DNA of 64,000 nucleotides, from the NCBI GenBank assembly GCA_016932855.1, contig JAFGCB010000029.1:2547-66546 (forward strand). The letters run 5' to 3'. This DNA comes from Candidatus Omnitrophota bacterium (GTDB lineage Bacteria > Omnitrophota > Gorgyraeia > Duberdicusellales > Duberdicusellaceae). This document shows, piece by piece, positions 1-15,000 of the stretch (position 1 is the first letter of the stretch; each line of letters starts with the position of its first letter). A model generated the notes under the pieces. The model searched no databases, had not been told where the DNA came from, and worked only from the letters and a program-made list of their open reading frames with translations. A program made the translations under genes and the position numbers.

Positions 1-3000
1 ATTTACTTCATAGAGCTTTTCCAGGTTTATGTCCTGGGTTGCGCCGATAGATCTAATATCCTTGCTCATATTGACCAGCTGCGAATATACCGAGTCTAAG
101 TTTGTGGTTGATTCCACCGCGCTGGTAACCTGGTTTACTATATCCCGGGAAATCGAGGCAAGGGCTGATTCAACAACTGCAAACTGGGCAGTCATGGTTT
201 CAGCTACCCCTTTAAAGTCGTCAAGGCTTGATGTTGTTCCCATTATCGATGCGACTTGGCCGGCAATCGAGTCGATATCCGAGCTTATGACAGTCATTAT
301 AAGGGCATCAAGCGTCCCTTTTATTGCCTCCGAACAGACGATAGTAAAGTCTCCTCTACCCCATTTAGTATCGAATTTAACCAGATATTCATAGATGCCG
401 GTTGTGCCTATTTCTGCCATCGTTCCTTTTACGATTTGCTGGGCGTTTTCGGCGTCGTATAAATCTATAGAAGGCACAAGACCGGAATAAGTCCTGTAGC
501 GGATAACAAGCTCTTCCCCGCTCTTTACCGTATTTTCACGGTTAAGTATCTCTGATTTCATCGCGGTTTCAGCAACATCTTTTGCTTCCTCGACTGTCTG
601 AGTAAGAGACTCTTCCACGGTGCTTAGGATACTCGATGTATGCGATTTAATAGACGCGGCTGAAGAAGCGATATCGTTCTCTATGTCTTGTTTTGTCTGG
701 CCAAGACCTATGGCTACCGCGTCTTTAATTTGTTCTACTGATGAGGCAAGCTTGGTGGCGGTCTGGGTGAAGAATTCATACTGTAATATTTCTGAACCAA
801 CATCGATATTGGCGCTGGAAGTATAACTCTGGTCCCGGTAGAAAATACTAAGGGTTGCCGGATAGACATAGCCTGCCGCAAAGGTAGTATTAGCAAGGGT
901 AAAGGTGTAGAAGCCGCTGTCGTTAGGCTGGAAAGCAGTAAGAGTATTTCTTACTGTTTCGCCGTCAGGTTCGTATATGGTAAGAGTAGCCGCTCCCATG
1001 GATTCTCTTTCTTCCGGCCGGGTGCCGACTAGTTTACCTTTTCTTTGCAAGGAGCCGACAGCGGCTAAAGTGTCAGTTGCCGGCGCGAAACTGTAAGTAA
1101 GGATAGCTTCCCAGCTTACCTGGGCTGAAGCCGTGTTTTCTAGGTAGCAGGTTATTACATAAGGAGTAATTATTCCCACATATTCCTTAGGCGGAGACCA
1201 GGTAACGCTATTATCGATGTAGTTGGTTTTAGAGAAAAATGTAGTGTAGGTCGCGTAAGCATACCCGGGAATTTCTCTTATAAGGTTATCCGGTGAGATA
1301 AGGCCGGTATCGTGCCAGGAGGTTGCAGGTTCGGTTACTTCTAAATCATCCAGATGGCTCATGGTGTCAAAATCAAGGACCTTAAAATGGACAGGCACAT
1401 AGACAATCCTGAAATCATTCTCGCTGGTATCGGGTATCGAGGCATTAAAGTCAACAGCATTGGAGATTCTAAGCTTTACCGTATCAGAGACAATGTCAGG
1501 GAGAGTCCAGGTGTAAGAATTAAGATTTGCGTCTACCGAGGCAGAGATCAAGTTCCAGTTTAAACCGTCGTCAAGAGTATATTCCAGTTTAGCGCTGTCT
1601 ATATTACCCCGGGTCTGCCAGGTAACGGTATGGGCTGATTTTGCCACCCAGATCTCAGCGCCGTTAGGTGTAATCAGCTCAAAACCGCCTTTTATGGTGA
1701 AGTATCCGGGAGAGGCCCCGGTTACTTCAGTGCGGCTTCCGTCGGTAATCCGGACTTTCATGGTTGAGCCGGTTAAAGAATTCTGAGGTATGCTCCAGCT
1801 GTAGTTTCCGTCATTAGCTTCGCCGCTTATGATTACCTGGGAACTTACAAAGTTATTGTTGGAACTTTCAATCAGGAGATTATCGGAAATATCCAGACCT
1901 TCACAGGTCCAGGTGATATTCAGAGTGTTTTCTAAAACGTAAGATTCACCGCCGGCCGGAGAGGTAATGACAAACCTGGGTATGGCGATAATCTTAAATA
2001 CGCCGCTGGAAAGACCCACTGTTGCCGGCCGGTTTCCGTCAATAATCTTGAACTTAGCGTTGGAAGTAATATAGTCGGCTACCAGCCAGTTAAAGCTTCC
2101 GCTGTTAGGTACTCCGATTGCTTCCAGGCCGGTATCAGCTGAAATCGCGGTATAGTAATTCGCGCCGCCGTCAGGTGAATATTGTAGAACCAGATTGTCA
2201 GATACGGTCCCTTCGGTTGTCCAGATAATAGAGGCGCGGTCATCGACTGCCCAGACGGTTGAAGAGTCGGGTGAAGTAATTGTAATAAGCGGGTCAGCAA
2301 TCTGGAAAATATCGTCACTTTCATCGGTATTGCTAGGCCGGCTGGCATCAGTAATCCGCACCAGACAGCTTGCGCTTACCTGGTCAGGTATACCCCAGGC
2401 ATAGAGGCCGCCGTTGGAAACACCTGTTGCAATCTCGGTCCAGTCACTTCCGGCGTTAGTAGAGTATTCAAGGGTTAGATTATTAGAGACCAACCCTCCG
2501 TTATCAGACCAGGTAATATCCTCTTCTGAACCTACCCGCCAGACCTCACTTCCGTTAGGCGTAAGGATTTGCAGCTGGGGAATAGGCAAAATCGTAAAAC
2601 CGGCATTTGATTTATCCCATACTGCCGGCCGGGTATTGTCGGTAATCCGGACTCTTGCCGTAGCTGTTGGGTCAATAGGCAACTGCCAGGGATGATTTCC
2701 GTTGTTGGGGGTAAGGTTAGCTGCTATGGTGATTATGTTTGAGGCGAAGTTATCTTTTGAATATTCAATTAAGAGGTCATCTCCTACGCTTCCGGTATTA
2801 GTCCAGGTGATATTTTCGGTGTCGCCCACAGTCCAGAGTTCTCCTCCGTTAGGCGCGGTAACTGTCAAGACCGGGTTAACAATAGAAAATACCGCGTCAG
2901 AGTCATCGGTTATAAGAGACTCGGTATTATCGGTAATCCTTACTTTGACCGTTGCCGAGAAATCATCGGGTATTGTCCATTCGTAATTGGGTTGCGCGAT

Positions 3001-6000
3001 TACACCGTCAAAGATTATATCCGAAGTTGAGAAATTGTCTTTGGAATACTCAATTTGCAAATCATCCGATACCGCTCCCACGGTCCTCCACTCGATTTGG
3101 TGGGTTGTCCCGATAATCCAGCTTTCACCGCCGTTAGGTTTAAGTACCTCGACAAAAGGAAGGGTTATTGAAAAAGCCTCATCGGTTTCGTCCTGGGTTG
3201 CCTGCCGTGTTGCATCGAATATCTGCACGTAGCAGTCGGTGGAAATCGCACCGGGTATAGTCCAGGTATAATACCCGTCGTTTGCCTCGCCGGTAGATAT
3301 ATCAGTCCAGTTTGAACCCCCGTTACTTGAGTACTGCAAAGTCAGATTGTCTCTTATTGCTCCGAAATCGTAACCCATTGATGTCCAGCTTACTTCATGG
3401 ACTGTTCCTTCAGCCCATTCTTCCCCGCCGTTAGGCGTAGTTACTGTAATAGTAGGCTCTATTATGGAAAAAGGCGCATCAGAGACATCGATAACGCTGG
3501 GCCGGTCAGCATCAATCATCCGGATAAGGGCGTTACTTGTTATTGAATCAGTAACCGAAAGCCAGGTGTAGCTTCCGGTGTCATCTACGCCGGCATCAAT
3601 ATCAGTCCAGCTTCCTCCGCCGTTTGTAGAATACTGCAGGGTTAAATTGTCACTTACCGCGCCCACCGTAGACCAGGTGATATCATAACTTCCCGTGGCA
3701 TAGAAAGCTTCTCCCCCGTTGGGAAATTCAATTGTTATTGTAGGGATGCTAATGCTGAATATTGCATCCGAAGTATCAGAATACGAAGTGTTGTTTTCAT
3801 CTTCGACTTTTATAAGAGCCTGGGTTGTCTCGGCGTCAGCCACTTCCCAGGAATGAGATTTGCTGTTGGCGATATTGTAGGCAGCCAGGACCCAGTTCTG
3901 GCCGTTATCATCAGAGTAGTAAATATTAATCTTATTATAATCAGCTCCGCCCGATTCCAAGATGTTACCGTAGCTTATCCAGGTAATGGTTTCGAAAGTT
4001 CCGATAGTAAAAGTTTCTCCTCCGTTAGGATAAGTTACGGTAATCTCGGGCTCGCTTAAGATTTTTACGGTTTTGGTGTCGCTCACGCTCGGCCGGTCTA
4101 AATCACTTATTTTCACCAGCACGTTATTTTCAGAAGCTTGGGCCGGTATGTTCCAGGAGTAGGTTGCGTCGTTATCTTCACCGGTTGCGATTTCATTCCA
4201 GTTTTGACCATCATCAGTGCTGTATTCTATATAAAGGTTATCACTTACGTTTCCTTCTGTTTCCCAGGTTATATCATTGGTGTCTCCTACTACCCAAATA
4301 GTTTCTGTGCTTGATACGGGAGAAGTAATGGCGATGCTCGGCTCCATTATTGAAAATTCTTCGGAAATCTTAGATACCGTAAACTGGGTATCTCTTCCTA
4401 CGGGTATATCTACCTCTCTTATTCTTACTCTTACCGTAGCTGAAGGGTCATCGGGCAAGTTCCAGGGATGTGAGCCGACAATGTCATCATTGGGGTTTGC
4501 TCCTTGAGGCGTACCGATGCTTACCTGGGCAATTGTATGTACATCACTTGCGAAATTATCTTTGGAATATTCCAGAATAACTTCGTCCGAGAATTGAAGC
4601 TGGTTAGCTTCCCAGCTTATAGCGTGTTCTGTTCCCAGGGTCCATTCTTCGCCGCCTTGAGGTGAAGTTATGGTAATTTCAGGCGTAGGCACTATATGAA
4701 ATACGGCGTCGGAAGTGTCAGTAATCTCGGGGTTGTTGGAGTTAGAAATCTGTACTAAAACAGTTTCCGATTCCGTATCCGAAGGAATACCCCAGGGGTG
4801 CTCGCTGTCGTTAGGAGTAGGATTTACTATGCTGGTCCAGTTTCCTCCTCCGTCAGTAGAAAAATCAATTTTTACCACGTTTCCGGGAATTGAACCGGGA
4901 GCTGACCAGAGGATGTTGTGAGTTTTTCCTTCTTCCCAGATTTCACCTCCGTTAGGTGAAGTTACTTCCAGAGAAAGAATTCTAAAAGTATCATTAGAGG
5001 TATCCGATACAGTAGGAAAGTCTTCACTGCTTATTTTTATTAGGGCATTCTGGGCCGGGTCATCAGGGATTTCCCAGGTGTAGCTTCCGTCATCATCAAC
5101 ATTTTCTTCAACCGTCTGGTAAATGCTTCCTCCGTCAGCTGAATATTCTATCTTTACAAGGCCGGTTGCGCCGTCAATTCCCTGGGATGTCCAGGTGACT
5201 TCAACGTCCTGGCCGACATTTAAGTCTTCCCCGCCATTAGGATAGGTAATATCGATTCTTGCTTCAATATACTCAATAGTTATATCATCCAAGAGGGGCG
5301 TTTCTTCTCCGTCGGAGTAGAGTATTGCTTTATACTGGACCCAGCGGTCGCTGGAAGCATCGCTGTGCAGGGAATTAATGCTTATTGAGCCTGAAGGGTC
5401 GATGTAGAAAGTTTCCCCTGTAAGAAGCGTTACCATTATATTATCTAAAGAAGGGGTCATAAATGTGCCGGGTTCAGTATGAAGGTAAACTCTGTAGTAA
5501 AAATCTCCGCTAGGATACAAATCCTGGAATGAAGAAATGTTGGAATTTACGGTTGCGGCAAGATTGGCATTGTCATAACCTAATTCCACTTCTTCCCAGC
5601 TGTCGCCGTCCCACCAGTACCATCTGTAGCCGTCAGCTGATATCTGGTATTTAATCCCCGTATTATGCGGTATATTGGCTATTTCCTGGAAATCAGCTAT
5701 TCTACTGTTTTCATAAAATACTCCGAAAACCGGCTGGATAACCGGGTTGTTTACCGCGTAGGCAGCAATGTCCTGGGTTCCTTCAACTTCATAAATATTT
5801 AATTCCAAGGGAGCGTTAACATAGTGCGAGCGGTGCTGGTAATGGTGCAGGATTTCTTCAGGGCTTAAGGCCCGCCGATAGATTCTTACGTCATCTATAA
5901 GCCCGTAGTAAGCAAAAGCCCCTGATATTTCCTTTCCGATTTGGAGGTTATCATCATTGGGGAGCATATTTACGGTGCATTCAGAGCTGTATCTTAGCTG

Positions 6001-9000
6001 GCCGTTACTGTAAATCTTTACCAGGCCTTCTTCCTGGTCATAGGTGGCTACGATATGATAGGTATTGCCTGCCGAGATGAACCCGCTTGAAGGAGTAAAG
6101 TTATATTCCTCTCCGTTATAGAAGATAAAAGAGATATTATTTCCGTCTTGGAGTAGTCTGTAATTATAGCGCGGCGCTGCATCATTTCCTTTTACCACCA
6201 GGGTCTGGGTTGAGACGTTATCGCTGGGTTTTATCCAAGCTTCAATGCTTATTCGTTTAGTTGTGTCTAAGCTTGGGGAATCAACCCTATAAGCGTAGGA
6301 AGTAACCCCGTCAAACTCCAGAGAATTCCCCGAAGGAAACCCGGTAAGGTCTTCCAAATCCCAGTTAAGGCCGGATAAGGTAATGTGGTTGTTATTCCCG
6401 CTGGAATCAGCGCTGCTAAATCCTCCGCCTTCATCCATATGGTAGAGAGCCGAAGAAGCTCCGTTAGTATAGCTTAAAGGATTGTCTATCCAGCCTGCGC
6501 CGTTCTCTAATATCGCGTCGTTATTATTACTGGTTAAGTCCAGGGCGTCGGTGCCGCTATTCTCATTAAAGGGCAGGTAGCAAACAAGCCCGCTTTCATT
6601 TCCAGTAAGGTATCTTTGTTTATATTCGTTTATCAAAGCCTGGCTGTTAGCCATATTCCAGACTCTGGCCTCGTCAATAAATCCTTTAATCCCTTGGCCT
6701 ATTATAAGATTATTGCTGTTAGTGTTTATGGTTCCGATTGATTCGACCGATTCTTTTTCTAAGCCGTCTACAAAGATCTTGGCATTAGCCCCGTCATAGG
6801 TAAAAGCAATATGCATAAGCTGGCCGAACTGGTAGGCATCAAGCACAGAAATAACATTGGAGCCGTTTATAAGCCCTGATAGCCCCTGTTCATTGAATTT
6901 CAGTTCATAAGCGCCGCTTTTTCCGATTATCGTATCATTGATAGCCGGCTGGTTCTCTTCGGTTGCGAAATTGGTTGGAAAAGATACGCCGGTGTTAGGT
7001 GAAAAAGCAACCCAGCCTATGGTTTCGTTTCCTCTTGTTCCGTCAAAGGGCGAAGGTTCTTCAATCGCTACTTCTACGTCCTGAGAGGTTGTATTTCTTA
7101 CTATTGCATAGCCAGGATCCCCGGCGTCTTCTGATTGCATATGGGCAACTACACCCACGTCATTGCGGGTGAAGCTGAAGTTAAAGCGGTCAAAGTTTTC
7201 ATCAACTTCATCGCCTGAGCGGTAGGCTTCTATTTTAGCCTCAGTATCTGTTTCTACAGATATAACAGCGTAAGCCACTGTTTCAGCATTAGCGATAGTA
7301 GGGTTACTATCTTCGGTCGTCTCTATCTGGACTTGAAATGAATTATTACCTACGTTTCTTACCCGGGTAAACATAGGAAGGCTGTTATTGTCGGTCTGGG
7401 TTGCTGCTAAAACAACCGGAGGAGAAGTAAAATAGGTCGTGGTATATACTGTTTGATAACCCGAGCCGCTTATTTCCAGGGTCCCTACTTCCACGGTCAT
7501 GTTTCCTATGGTATGAATCCCTTCCTCAAATATTAAATAAGCTACATTTTGAGGGATAATCAAATCGTCTCCAGCGGAGGGAGATTCGATAAGCTTTAAA
7601 TCAAATCCTGAGGAGCTGACATTGGTTATAAAGGGATTTTGAGTAGCAGTTCCGCCTGAGCGGTAGGTGTCAGACGGAAGCTGTTCGGAAGCGAATACAC
7701 GGGGGTTGGTAAAACCGATTAGAGAAACATTGATGTTGGTTCCGGTTGCCTGGATAATACCGCCGTCATAAGCCGACAAGGCTGATTCAGACTCAAAAGT
7801 AGCATTAGGATTTCCGTAATACATAAGGATTTTCTTGGTTGAATTTTGGGGAAAGACCGGAATTTTTACTAATATTGTGGCTTCAGTGGGGCTTGATTCA
7901 GTTATCCTGTGGTCAAGCCTTGTACCGTCAGTATCCAAGAAACGTAAGTCTGAATAATCAGCATTCATCTTGCCGGATTCGAAGCTTACGTCGAATTGAC
8001 CCAGGATATTTGTGTACTTGCTTCCTCCTGTGTTATCCAGTGTTATTATCTTGCGGTAGCTGAAGCCGGGAAGCCATTTAAGGGTTGAGGTTTCAGTTTC
8101 TTGGGAGCCGAAATTAACTGAAGGCGAGATTGTGGTTCGAAGTATAACCCAGTCGTCAGTATGGGTTTGGTAATTCATGCTGTAATGGCTTACCGCGCCT
8201 CTTAAATGGGTTTCGCTGGAGTAGCTTGAATCATAGGCTTGTATCCAGGTCGGCGAGCTTGCTAGTTTATAGTAGTAGATCGCCCCTTGATTCTTTAAGA
8301 CTATTTTGCAGTCATACCATTCACCGGGAGTATAACTGCCGACTCCTCCGCGGCTGGTTCCGTCTTCATATATATAGATATTATTGCCGGTGAAGTAGAG
8401 GCAGTAGACCAAATCCCAATATCCGGCGGCTGTTCCTGAGTCATGCAAGCCGACCATGGCCGTAGCACTGGAGTCAGTCTTAAACTTAAATTGGAAATAT
8501 TTGTCAGCAGCTCTATTAAAAGTATCTTTGGTGATAAGGTAGCAGTCCCAGCCGGTATTATCGTTATTAAAGCTTATAAATTCGTTTTGGGATACAGTTC
8601 CTCCCCCGTAAAGAAATTTATTGCTGTCTATAACTGTCCCTGAAAAATCTACATTAAACTCGTATTCGGAAATGGTATTGTCGCTTTCGCTGGAAGCTGA
8701 AGAATTTCCGTAGTACATATAGATTTCTTTGTTTGCGTTAGCCGGGATTTCCGGGATAACCAGCCAGATTTCCGCTTCTGTGGGGTTTGAGGAGTTTATT
8801 TTATAACGCAGCTTTTGGGAATGTTCAGCATTCCAGAAGCGTAAGTCCGAATAATCAGCGTTCATTTCACCCTGGTAAGGAACAGTAAATTCAACTGTCA
8901 TATAGCTGTATGCAGGGCCTGCGGAATTATTAATAGTAAGTTTCTTGCGGTAGCTAAAGCCTTCCGGCCAGTAGTCAATATCGGCTTTTACTTGAGCTTC

Positions 9001-12000
9001 CAGGGTTATGCTGCTGGTTGCATCTAAAGAAGTAGCGCTTGAAACAGCTGCCCTGTCATCTACTCCGTCCAGTAATAAGCCTGATACATTAAATCCGGTC
9101 TCATCAAAGTCTTTGTAGAGAGTATTATCATAATTAGAGGTGTTTGAGGCGTCGCTTTTTCCGTAATAAAGGTATATTTTTTTGGTTTGTTCTTCGGGAA
9201 TTAAGGGCACTTCTACGTAAAGAGTCCCTGTTTTGGCGGCGTAGCTAAAGGCTGTTCGGGTATAATCAAGAATAGTGATATTATCCGAATCAACAAAGCG
9301 GATATCATAACCGTCGCTTCTGCACCTTTTCCAAAAGCCTTCGTGGCTGGGAGTAAGCTCTATTTTAGCCGGATAATTTGTAAGTTCTATACCGCTTGTA
9401 TTATCTATCTCGATATCCAGGTGGTATTCCCAGCCGGAAAGAGAAGGTGAAGTCGTATGTTCTTCGTAAAGGGTAAAATAGTAAGGTATGTCACTTCCGG
9501 TTCCGCCTCCTCCGGTAAAGTCATCAATAAAACCGATTGACCAGTTGTCGGTATGAGACATCTCATCCCGGTCATTATGGCTTATCCCGACTTTTAGAGG
9601 CGATTCCGAAGAATAGACTGAATTATACAATTCTATCCATTCAGTTTCACCGGAAAGCCGGTAATAATAGGTAGCCCCGGGATTTTTTAAAGTAATCTTT
9701 ATGTCATACCATTCTCCGGGAGTATAAGATCCTACGCTTCCTCTGTTGCCGCCGTCCTCGTAAACCCTAAGCTCGCCGTTATTAAAGTAGAGGCAGTAGA
9801 TTAGATCGGTGTAACTTGCTCCGCTTCCGGCGTCATGCCAGCCCACCATTACTCTTGTTCCCAAGTCAGCTTTAAACTGGGCAATAAAGGATAAGTTGTT
9901 TTCCCGGGCAAAAACTTCAGTGGTTATTAAGTAGGTATCCCAGCCATCAGCAGTATCGTTACGTAAGGATAGATATTCGTCCTGGCTTATATTTCCTCCG
10001 CCGAATTCAAACTTGTCGCTGTCAATGGTTGTGCCGGCGAAATCCGCGTATAAAGGAAAGACTTCAGCATCACTCTCGGATACTGCCGCGGCATTTCCGT
10101 ACTTAAGATAGATTGTTGTTTCTTCGCCTGCCGGCATAAAGGGGATCTTGATATATATTCGTGCGTATTGGGCTGCGTAATCAAAGGTTGCTCCCTGGTC
10201 ATGGATGTTGTAGCCTAAGCTATTCCCCTGTCCATCGGAAAATCTTACGTCGCTTCCGTCGCTTTTTACGTGCTCCCAGAAGTCTTTATTCGAAGAGTCT
10301 ATTTCAATAGTCGCCACAAAATTAGTATAGGAGTTTGCGCCGGAGGTATTATCAAATATAATCCTCTGGGTATAGTCAAAGCCCTGGTAGAGTTTCTTAA
10401 GTCTTCCTACACCGCTAGCTACTTCAATGCTTGTAGCGTAAGCATAGTCAGTATCTAAGGAAAAGTCATGGGTAAAGCCTTGGGTTCCTCCGGGTCCTAC
10501 CCATGAAGCAGAAGCAAGGCTTGCTTCATCAGCAGCTGTTCTTAGCTGGAAGCGTATATCCGAACCTCCGGGCTGGGTTTCTGACCAGGAAAGTCCTGTT
10601 ATTCGGTTAGCGGTTGTTGAGGTATCATAAGGAGATGAGATAAGGGTTTGCTTGGCCGGGTATTTGGTATAGTTTAGGTCTATATCCTGCAGTTCCGGCA
10701 AGTTATTGATGTCATCGGCAAAGAACCTAAGCTGGTACTGGATATAGGCTTGCCCGTCAACTATTGCCGGATAGGACAAGGTTAAGTCATCCCCTTTATG
10801 CCGGATTTCAATATCATCCCAGTCCTGGGCATCAGCCATTGATTCGCTGCCGGAAGTGCGGGCCCTTAGTTCAAAGGAAGAAGCAGCTACATTGGAATTC
10901 CAGTCAACAATATCAAAACCTTGGTTTCGCCCCACTTCTTTTACGGTTGAGGTAAAAGAGCCTTTTTTAAATACCAGGAATTTAGAGATATTTTCTTTAT
11001 AATCGCCGTGCAGAGCATAGAGATAGTCACCGGTTCCCGGGTAGACTATCCGGGAAAGGCCGTCAAACTGCTGGGGGCATAGTTCGTCTAAGGCTTCCCA
11101 GGTGTTCTGGGACATGGAGTATCTAAAGACAGTTCCTGTAGGGCAAGAATATTCATAGCTTGAGCCCTGGGAAAGATAGATAAAGTCGCCTGCTCCGGGA
11201 TAGACTAAAGATGAGGCCATGTAGCTGTTTCCTCCTAAAAGAGCCGGCACGCTCGCTAAGGCTTCCCACTGGCTGCTGGATAAAGAATATCTCCAGAAAG
11301 CTCCGGTGCCGTTACCTCGGGTAGCATAGATGTAATCGCCTGAACCCGGATAGCATAATGAAGCTCCCCAGTTTGTTGCTGCCGGGGTGGCAGTAGCAGT
11401 TGACCAGGAGCCGGAGACAGGGTTGTAGGACCAGAAATCAGTTGTATTCCCTCCCCTAAGAGCGTATATCCTTTGGGCTGTTGAGACAAGCTGGTGGCCG
11501 TTGCCAAAAGGCTGCGAGGGAGTATTTAAGACATCCCATTCATTAGCCGGTATGGAGTAGCGGACAAAATTACTGGTATTTCTGCCTCTGGTGGCATATA
11601 GATGACTTCCCTGTCCGGGATAGATAAGTTGTGCTCCGTAGTTATCCCAGCGCCAGTTAGGTGCTGAATTCCAGGGGCTGGTAAGAGAAGTCCAGGTCCG
11701 GTCAGTAAGGTTATATCGATAAAAAGTGTGATAAGCTCCGGAATATAGAGTATTGCCGTCTGCTCCCTCGCAGAAAGAGCTGTAATGAATAGTATGACAG
11801 TGTACATAAGGAAAGCCGACTTCCAAATCCCAGGTATCCTGGCTTATAGAATAGCGGGCAAAGAGCTGGTTGTAACCGTCAGTAAGATAGATAAAATCCC
11901 CTGTTCCCGGGTAGAACATATCCGAGTCATAAGGAGAAGTATAGTGGCCGAAAGGAGGGTTGCTTAATTCATACCAGGCATCTTCGGATATATCGTAGCG

Positions 12001-15000
12001 GTAGAATTTAAAATAGCCTGAGCCTGAAAAGTAATAAATAGAGTCGCCGTCACCAATATCGGGGTGATAATATATAGTTCCGTTTTGGCAGTAATAGGGC
12101 GAATTCGTAAGCGGCTGCCAGGTATCCAGGTCAGTGCGGTACGCGTAAAAAGAATTACTGTTTCTTCCTACTTTCCAGAAGACAGTATTTTCCGAAGAGA
12201 CATATCTTAAGCGGTTGCCCCGGGGCGATGAGGTGGTAACAGCATCCGGCAGCGCCTCTACTGAGGGCGGGTTATCTAAAGATGTTTCCCAGCTGTCAGT
12301 AGAGATAGTGTATCGCATGAATACCGAGCGGTTCCAGGAGCTTTCAGTATAATAAGGGTCATGTCCGGCAATAAGATAGATAATATCACCGCTAGAACTC
12401 ATCTGGGAGCCGTCAGTAAAGAGAACAGGTGTTGCTTCATTGGTTTCAGCATTGGATAGCTGAGTCCAGGTTCTGTTTACAATATCATAACGCCAGAGAT
12501 GATTAGTATAGCTTCCTTCAATAAGATAGATATAGTCGCCGCTTCCCGGGTAAGTTGCCCTTGTCCCGAAGCTCATGGAGAAAGGAGTATATATAGTGCC
12601 GGTAAATCTATCCTGCGATACTGAATATTTCCAGGCATGCCTTCCGAATATACCCGTAAATATATATACAGTATCACCGCCGGCATGAACCACGCTTCCG
12701 TAGCCAAATCTTGAGGAAGCATATTCTTCAAGCTTTTCTGTCCACTCATTTGTAGATATGGTATAGGTATGTAATTGATAGGAGTCTTCATTTAATAGAT
12801 AAACATTATTTCCTACCGCTTCTAAAGAAAGGCAATAGGTTGCTGCGACTAAGGGAGGTTGGGACAGCCATTCCCAGGTGCCTTCATTCGCGCCCTGGAA
12901 AGCGTAGCGCACGAAACAGCCGTTATTAGTATAGCCGTTAATAAAATATAGGTAATCCCCGCTTCCCGGGTATTTCATCTTTGCCGAATAGTAAAACGGT
13001 ACAGGCGTTTTTAAGGCAACCCCTGGACTTTCTTCGGTTATCCATTCGCCGGTTGAGATATTATATTTCCAGAAATCACTGCTGTTTCCCCGGGCGGCAT
13101 AGATGTAATCGCCAAAGCCGGGATAAGCCAGACAGCTTCCGTAATAGACAGTATCCGGAGCCATATTAAAGGCATTAAAATTCCAGCGGGTACTATTGGT
13201 GTGGCCGCTGGTAGCTCCGAAAGTAACAGTTATACCGTTATTTAAGTCCTGGGAAGCTCCGGTTATAGGGATATCCGTTGCCTGCCAGGTTGAGCCGTTA
13301 TCATCTGACCAGCGGAAGGTATCCGGTGTTCCTTCCGAGTCGATTTGAACCCGGTAGCGCATTAGATTTTCTTCACCGGTATAAGCCCCGCCGGTAGTCA
13401 TATCATCAAGGGCTGTTTGTGAAGAGAAGGTAAGCGGCCCGATAGTAGGATTAGCTACTTCTGACCAGGTATCAGTTGAAGGGTCATATTTCCAGAAGTC
13501 AGGAGATTGGTTTCCTCTAAATGCATATATATAATTTCCCACTGTAACTAAAGCTCCTCCCCAGTAGACTTCTGCCGGAGTATCTGATAAGGTTTCCCAG
13601 CTATTGGCTGAAGTATTATATCTGGCAAAATTAACGGCGGTTTCTCCTCTTGTGGCGTAGACATAGCCGTTAAGATAAGCAATATCCGCACCGTGGTAAA
13701 TACCAAATGGCGCATTTGCTAAATTTTCCCATTCGTTATTAGTAATTGAATATCTTTCAAGATAATTGTTACTTGAACCGCGCGTCCGGTATATGTAGTC
13801 TGTTCCGTCATAGGCTAAAGCTGCTCCCCGGTAATTGGTTGTCCTTTGTGGATGGGGAAGAAAGTTCCATTCTGAAGTGGAAGTATCAAAGGCTAACGAG
13901 CCTCCTGTGTAGTTACGCACAGATATGTATTTAAGCTCTGTTCCTGCTCCTCCGGGGTGGTAAAGGAATCCTCTTTGGGAATATATAGGTAATTTAGGCA
14001 GTTCTTCCCAGGTTTCACTGCTTATGGAATAACGGGAGAAGCGGCCGTATTCAGCGTATTGGATGCCGTATATATAATCTCCTGTTCCCGGGTAAAATAT
14101 ATCTGATATGCCGTGATCAGCGTTAGGCGGCTTAAAGAAATCCCAGCGCTGTTTAGTGATATGGTAAGCGCAGAAATTAGTAGAGTTATATCCCCTGTTT
14201 AAATATATGTAATTGCCTGTTCCCGGATATACTAAAGTTGACTGTCTGGTAGGAGTCCAGTTGGAGTAGATATTTTCTCTTGGGGTCCAAGTATCGGAGC
14301 CTATGTCATATTCGTAGAATAAGGCGCTGCTTCCTGCTGTGCAGAAGACTTTACTGGTAGTAGCAGTCAGGTTTCCGCCTCCTCGGACATAAGTCGGGAC
14401 ATTAGCCATTACTGTCCAGGTGTCTGCGCTTATTGAGTATCTCCAGAACCCTCTTCGGGAGCCGCCCTGAGTTACGAAAATATAGTCTTCATTCGGGCCT
14501 GCTCCCGGCCAGGCAAGGCTTGCTCCTGCGCCGGTTCCCCCCGGCATTTTAGCTAAGAATTCCCATTCCTGGGTATCCACCGAGAATCTGCCTAGAATAT
14601 CTTTATCCCAGACAGCGTATATATAGACTTTAGAGTCGGTGTGCACTACTCTTTCGTAGTCCGAATACCAGTCTAACGTGGGAACCTCATTAAGGGAAAC
14701 CCATTTTCCCAGGTTATCTACAAAAGGGTCTTCTAAGCCTCCTTGTAAGACTACCGAGGCGTCTTCTCCGGGGTTTCCTGAAATTTGGACGTTTTCAGTT
14801 GTCCCTCCCTGGTAGTCTTCATACACAGTATCTTTAATCGAGAACTGGTCAGAAGTTAGAAGAGCCTTTCCGAACTGGCCGGTTCCCGTGGCAATGACAT
14901 TATCGTCTTTAGCGGAGAACTCGTTCCAGTCGGTCTGGTCACCGGGATGGCTAGCAGTATTTGCGCTTGTTCCACCTGACCAGTCAGTCTGGACAAAGCT

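Noticed and set aside
9987-12791. Minus-strand ORFs 9987..10202, 11256..11507, 11526..11807, 12573..12791
   Set aside because: They are out of frame relative to the giant gene (frame with codon first base congruent to 0 mod 3), with low-complexity Pro/Gln-rich translations.
29-14000. Numerous plus-strand ORFs of 60-120 aa (e.g. 2414..2695, 2702..2986, 2987..3232, 4277..4507) inside the first 15 kb
   Set aside because: They are antisense to a continuous, stop-free minus-strand frame with clear domain content. Their periodicity mirrors the coding tandem repeats.
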